Below, in pieces: positions 1 through 11,890 of a stretch of DNA of 32,000 nt. The position numbers and the translations under genes are program-made. Source of the stretch: Deinococcus radiodurans R1 = ATCC 13939 = DSM 20539 (GTDB taxonomy: Bacteria; Deinococcota; Deinococci; Deinococcales; Deinococcaceae); NCBI RefSeq assembly GCF_000008565.1, contig NC_001263.1, forward strand, positions 1,612,649-1,644,648. Reading direction: 5' to 3'. How positions within the stretch are numbered: the first letter of the stretch is position 1; each line of letters starts with the position of its first letter. The notes beneath the pieces are model-generated. The model saw only the letters and a list, made by a program, of their open reading frames with translations, was not told the DNA's origin and did not search any database.

Positions 1-693
1 TGCGGCTCCCAAGTTTGCAGCGGGTGTGGATGTCGGCATCAAGGATTTTGCCATCGTGACCGATGGCGTGAGGTTTAAGCATGAACAGAATCCGAAATAT
101 TACCGCTCCACCCTGAAAAGACTTCGTAAAGCTCAGCAAACCCTGTCCAGACGGAAGAAGGGCAGCGCACGTTACGGGAAAGCGAAAACCAAGCTGGCTC
201 GGATTCACAAGCGCATTGTCAATAAGCGTCAGGATTTCCTTCACAAGCTCACCACCTCCCTGGTGCGTGAGTACGAAATCATCGGAACCGAACACCTTAA
301 ACCCGACAACATGCGGAAAAATCGCCGCCTTGCACTGAGCATCAGTGATGCGGGCTGGGGTGAGTTCATCCGGCAGTTGGAATACAAGGCAGCGTGGTAC
401 GGGCGACTGGTATCTAAAGTCAGCCCCTACTTTCCATCTAGCCAGTTGTGTCATGACTGCGGATTCAAGAATCCCGAAGTGAAGAATCTTGCCGTCCGTA
501 CATGGACTTGCCCGAACTGTGGGGAAACCCATGACCGAGACGAGAACGCTGCGCTGAACATTCGGCGTGAAGCGTTGGTGGCTGCGGGAATCTCAGACAC
601 CTTAAACGCTCATGGAGGCTATGTCAGACCTGCTTCGGCGGGCAATGGTCTGCGAAGTGAGAATCACGCGACTTTAGTCGTGTGAGGTTCAAG
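1..693 (+). mobile_element. Right-hand part of an IS200/IS605-family element (ISDra2-like); the left part with tnpA lies outside the window
   Basis: The tnpB ORF runs off the 5' edge. A subterminal hairpin CACGCGAC-TTTA-GTCGTGTG (665-684) straddles the tnpB stop. I place the element end after GGTTCAAG (686-693), from recall of the ISDra2 right end and because host-like GC3-rich coding of the convergent gene starts at about 696. Boundary +/-5 nt. Confidence 0.8.
2..685 (+). CDS. tnpB: TnpB (OrfB) RNA-guided DNA endonuclease, C-terminal ~227 aa (5'-truncated by the window)
   Basis: The frame is open from nt 2 ([15 protein letters not shown]...). RuvC-I Asp lies in GVDVGIKD and RuvC-II Glu in IIGTEHL. 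A CxxC...CxxC zinc finger (CHDCGF / CPNCGETH) is followed by RuvC-III Asp in [10 protein letters not shown]. The C-terminus ...SENHATLVV matches my recollection of ISDra2 TnpB. Confidence 0.95.
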
Positions 694-709
694 AAGTGCC
701 CCTCCGCGT
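545..709 (+). ncRNA. Predicted omega-RNA (reRNA) of TnpB: scaffold from the tnpB 3' end/RE plus a ~16-nt guide from flanking DNA (694-709, AAGTGCCCCTCCGCGT)
   Basis: In established TnpB biology the guide RNA overlaps the 3' end of tnpB and reads across the RE. Visible helices are CAGACC(625-630)/GGTCTG(647-652), enclosing a CTGC-TTCG-GCGG mini-hairpin, and the 665-684 terminal hairpin. The 5' boundary is not determinable by eye and may start up to ~80 nt further upstream. Confidence 0.6.
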
Positions 710-1679
710 CGAACACGCGGGCGGTGGCGAGCAGGGCGGTGGCGGGCTGCACGTAAGGCCGCGCCTTGTCGGTAAAGGTGCGGTCTTTGACCGACTGCGA
801 GGGCGGCTGCGCCTCGGTCCAGAAGTCGCCCACGTACAGCGCCCGGTCCTTCGTCACGCGGCCCGTGGGATCACAGCTCGGGTCGATGCTGATGAGGTAC
901 ACCCCGTCCATATAACTCCCGACTGGTGCCCCTTCGAGCGCAATCGTGGCGACGCTCTTTTTGCGGGTGCTGGTGTAATTGAGTTGCGCAGAGAGACTGG
1001 TGTACTCGAAAGGGTCTGCGGGAGGCGTGGGCGGGGTCGGCTGGCTCGGCGCCTGGGTTTCGCAGACGTTCAGGTCGAAGTTGGTGTCCGGCGTGAGGGG
1101 CGGCTCCGTGATCGGCGCGTGGAAACTGAAGGAGCCGTTGTACTTCAGGCCACCGCTGACCGAGGCGCACAGAATGCCGTCCAGAGAGCTGGACGCATAG
1201 TTCGTCTGGAGCATCTGGGTCTGGGGCAGCGTGCCGCCTTCCGACGGCGGCCTGAAGCTCAGAATCCGCAGGCCGCTGCTCTTGGCGAGGAAGCGGTCCG
1301 CGGTGCTGAGCTGCACCAGTCCCCCGCCCTCGGCGTAGTGGGGGTAATTGTAGGTCCAAACGGTGTTGGCATAGGCTTCGCCCGGCCCGCGCACCACTTC
1401 CAGACGCACCGTGAGCGTGCCCGTCAGCGAACCGTCGTCCGAGCGCACGGGCAGCGTGATTTCCTTGCTGGCGGTGACGGTTTCGCCCGCCAGCGCCTGG
1501 GCGCGGAGGGGCTGGGCGTCCAAGCGGGCGCGGGCCGCCGTGAGACGGGCACTCTGCGCGGCGGTAGCCCGGGCAGCAGTGGCCTGGGCGGCAGTTTCAG
1601 TGGGGGCGGGGGTCACTTGGCGACCACAGGCGGCGAGCAGCAGCGGGCACAGCAGGGCAGCAAACAGGGGACGTTTCAT
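624..1679 (-). CDS. Hypothetical lipoprotein; its last ~23 codons and stop are supplied by the IS right end (chimeric 3' end)
   Basis: ATG at 1679-1677 is preceded by GGAGGAAG (1681-1688). The N-terminus [18 protein letters not shown] has a lipobox (LAAC). GC3-rich coding runs down to ~696, then the ORF continues into IS sequence ([22 protein letters not shown]). Confidence 0.75.
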
Positions 1680-1749
1680 ACTTCCTCCGAACTCAGGGGG
1701 AGGGAACCGGGCGGCGGACGACCAGGGCAGCGGAGTGGGCCGGGTCACG

Positions 1750-1782
1750 TTAAATAATTCACATTTTAAGCCATTGTTCAAG
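1750..1782. promoter_or_regulatory. AT-rich island in the divergent lipoprotein/gnd intergenic region (candidate promoter/operator)
   Basis: TTAAATAATTCACATTTTAAGCCATTGTTCAAG stands out in an otherwise ~67% GC context. It lies 95-127 nt upstream of gnd and 71-103 nt upstream of the lipoprotein start. No specific site is recognised. Confidence 0.3.
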
Positions 1783-1876
1783 CTCGGCCTTGCGGCGGCT
1801 ATCATGCCCGCACACTGGCCGTGGCCGTCTGGAACCACTCGGCACGGAACCGGTTCCACCGCGCAGGAGGTTGGTT

Positions 1877-4746
<2,870 letters not shown>

Positions 4747-4766
4747 GGGTGGCGGAGCAGCGGAGA

Positions 4767-4828
4767 GGGTTGATGGTCGATGGTCAATGGAGTTTTTTCC
4801 ATCACCTACCACCCATCACCCATCACCC
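4767..4828. repeat. Inverted array of heptamer repeats around a T6 loop (zwf-opcA spacer)
   Basis: Left arm TTGATGG TCGATGG TCAATGG (4770-4790), then AG + TTTTTT (4793-4798), then right arm CCATCAC CTACCAC CCATCAC CCATCAC (4799-4826). It folds by hand into an imperfect hairpin of about 16 bp in 3-4 helices. Confidence 0.6.
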
Positions 4829-4843
4829 TGACCGGAGGTCCCC

Positions 4844-5782
4844 ATGCTAGGTCCCGTGTCCACCAGCGTCCGGCAGGCGCAGGCCATCCTCGACGAGCTG
4901 TGGGCGCAGACCGGCGCCGAGACGCGGGCCTACACCGGCAATATCGTGGCGCTCACCGTCCGCAAGCACCTCGGGCGGGTGGAAGAAGCGCTCGCCGGGC
5001 TCGAAGGCCGCTACGCCGGGCGGCAGATTATCGGGGTGATGGACGGCGGCGGCGACCTGAAGGTGGACGCCGCGCTGATTGCCCAGCCGGCGGGGCTGTA
5101 CATCGAGCGGCTGACGCTGGGCGCCCGTCCCGAGCAGTTGCAGAGCGCGATTTTGCCGCTGCTGCGGCCCGCCACCGTCAACCACGTCTGGTGGGGCGCC
5201 GACCGCCGGCCCCACGGCCCGCTGCTGAGCGAACTGACCGAGATTGCCGACCAGGTGATTGCCGACAGCCTGACCCTCGACATTCCCCCGGCGCGGCACT
5301 ACGCGCTCGCCGACCTCGGCTGGAGCCGCTCGGCGAGCTGGCGCGAGGCGCTCGCGCAACTGTTCGACGCCCCCGACGCCGCCCAGCAGTTGCCCTACGT
5401 GCGCGAGCTGACCGTGCGCTACTCGGGCAAAAACGACCTTCCGGCGCGGCTGTACGCGGGCTTTGTCGCCGAGTGCCTGGGCTGGACGGATCTGGGGCGG
5501 CTGACCCTGCAAGCGGGCCGCTGCGGGCGCGAAAACGGCGACCTGTGCGGCGCCGAGCTGCGCGGCGAGGACGCGCAGGGGCAGCCGGTGCGCTTCTCGC
5601 TGAGCGCCGAGGCGGGCGGCGACGTGGCCCGCGCCGAAGCCGAGTGGGGCGGGCGCGTGCGGACTTCCGAAATCAACGTGCCGCCGATGAGCCTCGCCGA
5701 GGGGCTGGCCCGCGTCATGGCCCGCCCCGAGCGCGGCGAAGTCTTCGAGCGGGCGTGGGCGCTGGCAAAAGCGACGCTGTAA
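4844..5782 (+). CDS. opcA: OpcA-like glucose-6-phosphate dehydrogenase assembly protein
   Basis: A 312-aa ORF immediately downstream of zwf with GGAGG at 4834-4838. The zwf-opcA arrangement is known from cyanobacteria/actinobacteria. The family call rests on position and general resemblance, not a motif search. Confidence 0.65.
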   Translation: MLGPVSTSVRQAQAILDELWAQTGAETRAYTGNIVALTVRKHLGRVEEALAGLEGRYAGRQIIGVMDGGGDLKVDAALIAQPAGLYIERLTLGARPEQLQSAILPLLRPATVNHVWWGADRRPHGPLLSELTEIADQVIADSLTLDIPPARHYALADLGWSRSASWREALAQLFDAPDAAQQLPYVRELTVRYSGKNDLPARLYAGFVAECLGWTDLGRLTLQAGRCGRENGDLCGAELRGEDAQGQPVRFSLSAEAGGDVARAEAEWGGRVRTSEINVPPMSLAEGLARVMARPERGEVFERAWALAKATL

Positions 5783-5812
5783 GCGGCAATCACTCGCAAC
5801 AGCGGGAAAACG

Positions 5813-5842
5813 GCGCTTCGGACTCCTGTCCGGGCGCTTTTT
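5813..5842 (+). terminator. Rho-independent terminator after opcA
   Basis: GCGC-TT-CGGAC TCCT GTCCG-G-GCGC followed by TTTTT (5838-5842). Confidence 0.6.
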
Positions 5843-5914
5843 GCTGACAGAGGGCCGGTGAGGGCGTATGGTGTTTTGTCCGCCCCACTGTTTTCCCGTT
5901 TTCCTGGAGGTGTC

Positions 5915-8713
5915 ATGCGTTTTCCCGCTCCCCTGTTTTTGACTGCTCTGCTGCTGCTCGGCGTGCCCGCAGCGGCCCAGACTGTTTCCGCCCAGCCCGC
6001 GACGGCTCAGACCCCAGCCACCCAAACCCCAGCGGCTCCGGCAGCCGCCAGTGCCCAGCCCACCCTCCCGGCAGGCGTGCGCTTCGTGACCGAGGTCGAG
6101 GGCATCCGCGAGTACCGGCTGGGCAACGGCCTGCGCGTCCTGCTGTTTCCCGACACGTCTCAGACGACGTTTACCCTCAACACGACTTATCTGGTCGGCA
6201 GCCGCCATGAAAATTACGGCGAAACCGGCATGGCGCACCTGCTCGAGCACATGCTGTTCAAGGGCACGCCGACGAGCGGCAACCTGATGGAGCAGCTCAG
6301 CAAGCGCGGCGCGAGCTTCAACGGGACCACGAGTGACGACCGCACCAACTACTTCGAGACGATGACGAACAGCGGCGACAACCTCGAGTGGGCCATTCGC
6401 ATGGAAGCCGACCGCATGGTGAACTCGCGGGTCAGCGCCGACGACCTGAAAACCGAGATGACGGTGGTCCGCAACGAGTTCGAGTCGGGCGAGAACAACC
6501 CCTTCGGGCTGCTGTACAAGCAGGTGCGCTCGGTGGCCTTCGACTGGCACAACTACGGCAACACCGCCATCGGCAACCGCAGCGACGTGGAAAACGTGCC
6601 GATCGGCAACCTGAAGGCCTTCTACAAGACCTACTACCAGCCCGACAACGCGGTGGTCACGCTGGCCGGCAACTTCGACGAGGGGCAGGCGCTGACGCTC
6701 ATCGCCGACAGCTACGGCAAGGTTCGCCGCCCCTGGCGCACGCTACCCCGGCAGTACACGGAGGAAAACCCGCAGGACGGCGAGCGCAGCCTGACCGTGC
6801 GGCGGGTGGGCGACGCGCAGTACCTCATCGTGGGCTACCACATCCCCAGCGTGCGGCACCCTGACGCAGCGGCGCTGCAAGTGCTCGGGGAGCTCCTAAG
6901 CGACGAGCCTTCCGGGCGGCTATATCAGGCGCTGGTGCAGACCGGGCAGGCGACCGCCGCCGGCAGCATCACCAACCCCGGCAGCGACCCCGGCCTCGCG
7001 ACCTACGTGGCGATTCTCGGCAAGGACGACGACCTGCAAAAAGCCCAGGCCACGTTGCTTTCCACGCTGGAAAACGCCGCCAAGACGCCCTTTACCGAGG
7101 AAGAAGTCGCTCGCGTCCGCACCCGCGTCCTGAGCGGCTACGAGCAGGCCCTGACCAAGCCCGAAGCGGTGGGCGTCGGCCTGTCCGAAGCGATTGCGGC
7201 AGGCGACTGGCGACTGTTTTTCCAGGGGCGCGACGCCATCGAGAAGGTCACCCCCGCCGACGTGCAGCGGGTGGCGGCCACCTACCTCAAGTCCACCAAC
7301 CGCACCCTGGGCGCCTTCATTCCCACCGCGCAGCCTGACCGGGTGGCCGTGCCCGCCGCGCCGAGTGCCGCCGACGTGCTCAGGGACTTCAAGGGCCGCG
7401 CCGCCCAGAGCGCCGGGGAAACGATTGCGCCCGAGCCCGACGCCCTTGAAGCCCGCGTGCTGCGCGAAACGGTGGCGGGGGCGAAGGTCGCCATGCTGCC
7501 CAAGAAAACGCGCGGCGAGCGGATCGAACTGGTCCTGAGCCTCGACTTCGGCAACCCCGAAACGGTCCGCACCGGCAGCGACGCCGCCGACTTCGTGGGG
7601 CCGCTGCTCACCCGTGGCAGCCGCTCGCTGACCCGCCAGCAACTGCATGACCGCCTGGAAGCCGCCAAGTCGCAACTCGACGTGAGCGCGGGTGCGAGCG
7701 GCGCCACCCTGACGCTGAGCACCGACCGCCAGCACCTGCCCGAGGCGCTGGGGCTGCTGCGGCAAGTGCTGCGCGAGCCAGTCTTTCCGCAGGCCGACTT
7801 CGACGAGCTGAAAAAGGCGGCGCTCGACGGCACCGAGGCGGGCCGGGGCGACCCCGAGTCGGTGGCGGGCCTCGCCCTCGGGCGGGCGTTTATGCCAGCG
7901 GACGCCAAGCGCGGTGACCTCGCCTACGTGCCGACCCTCGACGAGAGCCTGCAAGACACCCGCGCCGTCACGCTGGCGCAGGTGCGCGACTACTACGCGA
8001 AGGTGTGGAACGGCGCGAACGCGCAGCTCGGCGTGGTGGGCGACTTCGACCCGCAGACCATCCGTGAGGCGCTGCCCACGCTGCTCGGCGGCTTCGACAG
8101 CGCCGTCAAATACGAGCGGGTCAAGCTGCCGCTGACCACCCCGGCGGCGCAGGACCTCGTGCTGAACGTGCCCGACAAGGCGAACGCCATCTACATCGCC
8201 CAGCTCAACTTCCCGCTGCGCGACGACCACCCCGACGCCGCCGCGCTCGACGTGGCCATGCGGATTTTCGGCGGCGGCACCGACTCGCGCCTCTTTGCCC
8301 GGTTGCGCCAGCAAGACGGCCTGAGCTACACCGTCGGCGGCGGCGCCCACACCAGCAGCCTCGACGAGAAGGGCAGCTTCACGACCTACGCCATCTTCAA
8401 CCCGGTCAACAGCGAGAAGGTCGCTGCCGGGATGCGCGAAGAACTTGCTCGCGCCCTGAAAGAAGGTTTCAGCGCGCAGGAAGTCGCCACCGCGCAGTCG
8501 GCGCTGCTTCAGGAACTGCGGGTGGGCCGCAGCGACGACGCCTCGCTCGCGGGGGCCCTCGCCTCGCAGGCCTACCTGGGCCGCACCTACGCCTTCAGCA
8601 AGCAGTACGAGGAGCGCGTGAAGGCAGTCACGCCGCAGGCCGCAGCAGCGGCGCTCAGGAAGTACGTGAACCCGGCGAACCTGGTGATCGTGCGGGCGGG
8701 GACGTTCAAATAA
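5915..8713 (+). CDS. Secreted M16 (pitrilysin/insulinase) family zinc peptidase, fused double-module form (~932 aa)
   Basis: GGAGG (5906-5910) lies before ATG 5915. Signal-peptide-like [22 protein letters not shown]. Inverted zinc motif HxxEH in [13 protein letters not shown]. The second half resembles the inactive M16 domain pair. Confidence 0.85.
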   Translation: MRFPAPLFLTALLLLGVPAAAQTVSAQPATAQTPATQTPAAPAAASAQPTLPAGVRFVTEVEGIREYRLGNGLRVLLFPDTSQTTFTLNTTYLVGSRHENYGETGMAHLLEHMLFKGTPTSGNLMEQLSKRGASFNGTTSDDRTNYFETMTNSGDNLEWAIRMEADRMVNSRVSADDLKTEMTVVRNEFESGENNPFGLLYKQVRSVAFDWHNYGNTAIGNRSDVENVPIGNLKAFYKTYYQPDNAVVTLAGNFDEGQALTLIADSYGKVRRPWRTLPRQYTEENPQDGERSLTVRRVGDAQYLIVGYHIPSVRHPDAAALQVLGELLSDEPSGRLYQALVQTGQATAAGSITNPGSDPGLATYVAILGKDDDLQKAQATLLSTLENAAKTPFTEEEVARVRTRVLSGYEQALTKPEAVGVGLSEAIAAGDWRLFFQGRDAIEKVTPADVQRVAATYLKSTNRTLGAFIPTAQPDRVAVPAAPSAADVLRDFKGRAAQSAGETIAPEPDALEARVLRETVAGAKVAMLPKKTRGERIELVLSLDFGNPETVRTGSDAADFVGPLLTRGSRSLTRQQLHDRLEAAKSQLDVSAGASGATLTLSTDRQHLPEALGLLRQVLREPVFPQADFDELKKAALDGTEAGRGDPESVAGLALGRAFMPADAKRGDLAYVPTLDESLQDTRAVTLAQVRDYYAKVWNGANAQLGVVGDFDPQTIREALPTLLGGFDSAVKYERVKLPLTTPAAQDLVLNVPDKANAIYIAQLNFPLRDDHPDAAALDVAMRIFGGGTDSRLFARLRQQDGLSYTVGGGAHTSSLDEKGSFTTYAIFNPVNSEKVAAGMREELARALKEGFSAQEVATAQSALLQELRVGRSDDASLAGALASQAYLGRTYAFSKQYEERVKAVTPQAAAAALRKYVNPANLVIVRAGTFK

Positions 8714-8769
8714 GGCTGAGTGGGGTGGGTTCATTCTCCCACAGCCGATAACTCTCCTCCACCCAGCGC

Positions 8770-8801
8770 ACGCCTCCCCACCACCGGGGGGCGTGTTTTT
8801 T
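8770..8801 (+). terminator. Rho-independent terminator after the M16 peptidase gene
   Basis: ACGCC(T)CCCC / GGGGGGCGT stem (8770-8779 / 8786-8794) followed by TTTTTT (8796-8801). Confidence 0.7.
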
Positions 8802-8875
8802 GGCCGCGCCGAGGGTGAGCGATTTCCTACGTCGGCGCTTGCCCGGCTCAGAAAAGCAGTCTCTAGACTCGCCCT

Positions 8876-10288
8876 ATGAACCCCAACACCCCCGGCACCG
8901 ACGTTCCCAGCGAGGTCTTACAGGAAACGCAGGCCCGTTTCATTCAGCGCGACCCCGAGCGCGAGGCGTGTCTGGAGCGGCTGAAAACGGGCGGCCCCCT
9001 CGCCGCCGAGTCGCCCGAACGGGTGGAGGCGCGGCTGACCCGGCTGGGCGTGCCGCAGCCCGAGGCGCAGGCACTGGCGCAGGGCGAGGCGGACGTCAAG
9101 AGCGTGGCGCAGCACCTGCCCGAAGACATTCGCCTGACCGCCGAGCGCGTGTTGGGCGCCAACGATCTGGTGGGCGTGGGATATCTCGACCAGGCCCGGT
9201 CATGCTCGCGGGCGGTGTGCCGGGTGGTCATCCGCGACAGCCGGGGCCGCACCCAGGGCTTCGGGACCGGCTGGCTGTGCAGCCCGCAGGTCATGGTGAC
9301 GAACCACCACGTGCTGGAGGACGCCCAGACGGCGCGGCAATCGGTCGTCGAATTCGACTACGAACTGCGACCCGACGGCACCTTGATGGAACGTACCACC
9401 TTCGCACTCGACCCCGAGCGGCTGTTTCTGACCTCGGAAGGGCTGGACTACAGCTTCGTGGCGGTGCAGGGCGACCCGTCGGGCTTCGGCTGGCTGCCGC
9501 TCTACAGCAGCGCCGACAAGAACGTGCTCGGCGAGGCCCTGAGCATCATCCAGCACCCCAGCGGTGAACCCAAGCAAGTCGCGCTGCGCGAGAACCGGCT
9601 GGTGGATCGCCTGCCCGACTTCCTGCATTACGAAACCGACACTGCGCCCGGCAGCAGCGGCAGCCCGGTGTTCAACGACGCCTGGGAAGTGGTGGCGCTG
9701 CACCACAGCGGCGTGCCCCGCCGCAACGCCCAGGGGCAGGTGCTCAAGCGTGATGGCCAGCCCTTGCGCGCGGGCGAGTCGGGCGACCAGATCGACTGGC
9801 TGGCGAACGAAGGCGTGCGCGTCAGCCGCCTGATGGAAGACCTCCAAACCCGCACCGACGCGCAGGGCAAGGCGCTGGTGGAAGACATCCTCTCGCCAGT
9901 GCGCCCGCCGCTCATCGGCAGCCCGCAGGTCAGCCCACGCGGGCCGGTGCTGGCAAGTGGCCCGGTCACGGACGCGCAAGCTGGCAGTCCCCAGACCAAC
10001 TCCAACGAGGCGCAGGCGGCGCGGGTCATTGACCTCGGCACGTTGAGCGCCGGGGCGGACGGGGCGTTGACGATGCCAGTTACGCTGAAGTTTCAGGTGA
10101 GTGCGCCGGAAGCGAAACCTGTGCCTGCACCGACTCCTGAGCCTACTCCCACGCCGGACGACGAGCCGGTGGACTTCCCCACTCCCCAAAATCCGGTCCG
10201 CAGACTCCCGCCCCACAACCCGGCGGCCAGCCTCCTTACCTTCCCGCCGACGACGCGCAGCAGGCCGAGCAGTACTACGCGGGCATGA
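8876..10288 (+). CDS. Trypsin-like (S1/Trypsin_2-type) serine protease with a ~120-aa N-terminal region and a Pro-rich C-terminal tail; no obvious signal peptide
   Basis: Catalytic triad contexts: GTGWLCSPQVMVTNHHVL (His), GLDYSFVAV (Asp), TDTAPGSSGSPVF (Ser). The hydrophilic N-terminus MNPNTPGTDVPSEVLQE has no hydrophobic h-region. The stop overlaps the next ATG (ATGA 10285-10288). Confidence 0.85.
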   Translation: MNPNTPGTDVPSEVLQETQARFIQRDPEREACLERLKTGGPLAAESPERVEARLTRLGVPQPEAQALAQGEADVKSVAQHLPEDIRLTAERVLGANDLVGVGYLDQARSCSRAVCRVVIRDSRGRTQGFGTGWLCSPQVMVTNHHVLEDAQTARQSVVEFDYELRPDGTLMERTTFALDPERLFLTSEGLDYSFVAVQGDPSGFGWLPLYSSADKNVLGEALSIIQHPSGEPKQVALRENRLVDRLPDFLHYETDTAPGSSGSPVFNDAWEVVALHHSGVPRRNAQGQVLKRDGQPLRAGESGDQIDWLANEGVRVSRLMEDLQTRTDAQGKALVEDILSPVRPPLIGSPQVSPRGPVLASGPVTDAQAGSPQTNSNEAQAARVIDLGTLSAGADGALTMPVTLKFQVSAPEAKPVPAPTPEPTPTPDDEPVDFPTPQNPVRRLPPHNPAASLLTFPPTTRSRPSSTTRA

Positions 10289-10992
10289 CGGCGAGCACCC
10301 CGCAGGCGCGGTTTCTGGCACTTTCGGAACTGCTGACGCGCACGCACCGGGCGCAGCCGCGCTACAACCCGGCGAGCGAGGTCTATCCCTGGGTGGACGT
10401 GTGGCCCGACGGCAAGCTGCGGTCCATCTACTCCGCGAGCGAGCATGACCCGCAGGAATTCATCGCCGCCGACCTCGCCGCGCAGGACCGCCGCGAACGG
10501 CTGGCTGCTCAGGAAAGTCTGGACGTGGACACCCTGGAAGACGCGGTGCCCTACAACTGCGAGCACGTGGTGCCCCAGAGCTGGTTCGCCAAGCGCGAGC
10601 CGATGCGCGGCGACCTGCACCACCTCTTTTCCTGCGAGCCGAACTGCAACTCATTCCGGGGCAACACGCCGTACTTCGATTTTCCCGACTACGGCGAGGC
10701 TCTCAGGACCGACTGTGGCAAGCGCGAGCCCGGCGAATTCGAGCCCGCTCACGGCAAGGGCGCCGTCGCCCGCGCCACGCTGTACTTCCTGCTGCGCTAC
10801 CCCGGCGTCATCCGCACCTACAGCGAGCGGCACCTGCACACCCTGCTCGGCTGGCACCGCGCCGACCCGCCCGGCGAGTGGGAACACCACCGCAACGCCG
10901 CCATCTTCGGGCGCCAGGGCAACCGCAATCCGCTGATTGACCACCCAGAGTGGGCTGAGCAGATTGCTTTTGGGGAAGGGCTGGGGCGTTAG
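10285..10992 (+). CDS. Endonuclease I (EndA/Vvn) family nuclease homologue, apparently lacking a signal peptide
   Basis: Family-like motifs NCEHVVPQSWF, GDLHHLFSCEPNCNSFRGN, KGAVARATLYFLLRY and IFGRQGNRNPLIDHPEW. The N-terminus MTASTPQARFLALSELLTRTH is not signal-like. Translationally coupled to the protease gene. Confidence 0.8.
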   Translation: MTASTPQARFLALSELLTRTHRAQPRYNPASEVYPWVDVWPDGKLRSIYSASEHDPQEFIAADLAAQDRRERLAAQESLDVDTLEDAVPYNCEHVVPQSWFAKREPMRGDLHHLFSCEPNCNSFRGNTPYFDFPDYGEALRTDCGKREPGEFEPAHGKGAVARATLYFLLRYPGVIRTYSERHLHTLLGWHRADPPGEWEHHRNAAIFGRQGNRNPLIDHPEWAEQIAFGEGLGR

Positions 10993-11024
10993 GAAGGCTC
11001 CGGATACCCTTACATACAGAAAAC

Positions 11025-11063
11025 AAAAAAGCGTCCGGGTCTCTCCCCGGACGTGCTTTTTTT
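11025..11063. terminator. Bidirectional rho-independent terminator between the convergent nuclease and VIT genes
   Basis: AAAAAA GCGTCCGGG tctctc CCCGGACG(T)GC TTTTTTT; the A-run and T-run flank a GC-rich stem. Confidence 0.8.
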
Positions 11064-11082
11064 GCCCCTTAATGCAGCAGAC

Positions 11083-11793
11083 TCAGGCTTTAATCCCAAA
11101 CAGGCTGCCCACCAGAGCGCTCAGGGCCATCGCCGCCGCGCCCCAGAGGGTCACCCGCAGCGCGCCTTTCCAGAGGTTGGCGCCGCCCGCGTAGGCAGCC
11201 AGAGCGCCGAGCACCAACAGAGCAAGCAGAGTCACCACCGTGACACCCACGCTGACCAGGTGGTGAGGGAGCAACACCGCCGCAATCACCGGGATAATGC
11301 CGCCAGTCACGAACGCCAGCGCCGAAGCCAGGGCCGCCTGAAAGGGCCGCGCCCGCAGTTCCTCGGTGATGCCCAGTTCCTCGCGGGCGTGGGTGCCGAG
11401 CGCGTCAGCGGCGGTGAGCTGCTCGGCCACCTGCCGCGCCAGCACCGGGTCTACGCCGCGTGCCACGTAGATGTCGGCGAGTTCCTGCAACTCGAGCTCG
11501 GGTTGCTCGCGCAGTTCGCGCGCTTCCAGGGCGAGGTTGGCGTGTTCGGTGTCGGCCTGCGACTGCACCGAGACGTATTCCCCGGCAGCCATAGAGGTGG
11601 CCCCCGCCACCAGCGCCGCCACGCCCGCGAGCAGGATGGTGCCGGGGGTGACGCCACTGGCCGCCGCCACGCCCACCACGATGCTCGACACCGACACCAC
11701 GCCGTCGTTGGCCCCCAGCACGGCGGCCCGCAGCCAGCCGATGCGCTCGGTGTTGTGTTTCTCGGGGTGGGGAATCAGAGTCGGGCTGGTCAC
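11083..11793 (-). CDS. VIT1/CCC1 family (DUF125) Fe/Mn transporter
   Basis: N-terminal signature HNTERIGWLRAAVLGANDGVVSVSSIVVGVAAA followed by multiple TM segments. GTG start at 11793 with GATAAT 6 nt upstream. Confidence 0.8.
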   Translation of the reverse strand: MTSPTLIPHPEKHNTERIGWLRAAVLGANDGVVSVSSIVVGVAAASGVTPGTILLAGVAALVAGATSMAAGEYVSVQSQADTEHANLALEARELREQPELELQELADIYVARGVDPVLARQVAEQLTAADALGTHAREELGITEELRARPFQAALASALAFVTGGIIPVIAAVLLPHHLVSVGVTVVTLLALLVLGALAAYAGGANLWKGALRVTLWGAAAMALSALVGSLFGIKA

Positions 11794-11806
11794 GTTGCCA
11801 TTATCA

Positions 11807-11839
11807 CCACAGCGGCGCCCCCGAAAGTTGTCGCTGTGG
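11807..11839. repeat. 8-bp perfect inverted repeat CCACAGCG-N17-CGCTGTGG just upstream of the VIT -10 element
   Basis: Read directly: 11807-11814 and 11832-11839. Confidence 0.7.
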
Positions 11840-11862
11840 GGGGCAGGATGGCAGGCGTCCCT

Positions 11863-11890
11863 TCATGCAGCGCAGGTCATGCAGCGCAGG
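11863..11890. repeat. Perfect tandem duplication of a 14-mer (TCATGCAGCGCAGG x2) in the VIT/acyltransferase divergent region
   Basis: Units at 11863-11876 and 11877-11890 are identical. Confidence 0.9.
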
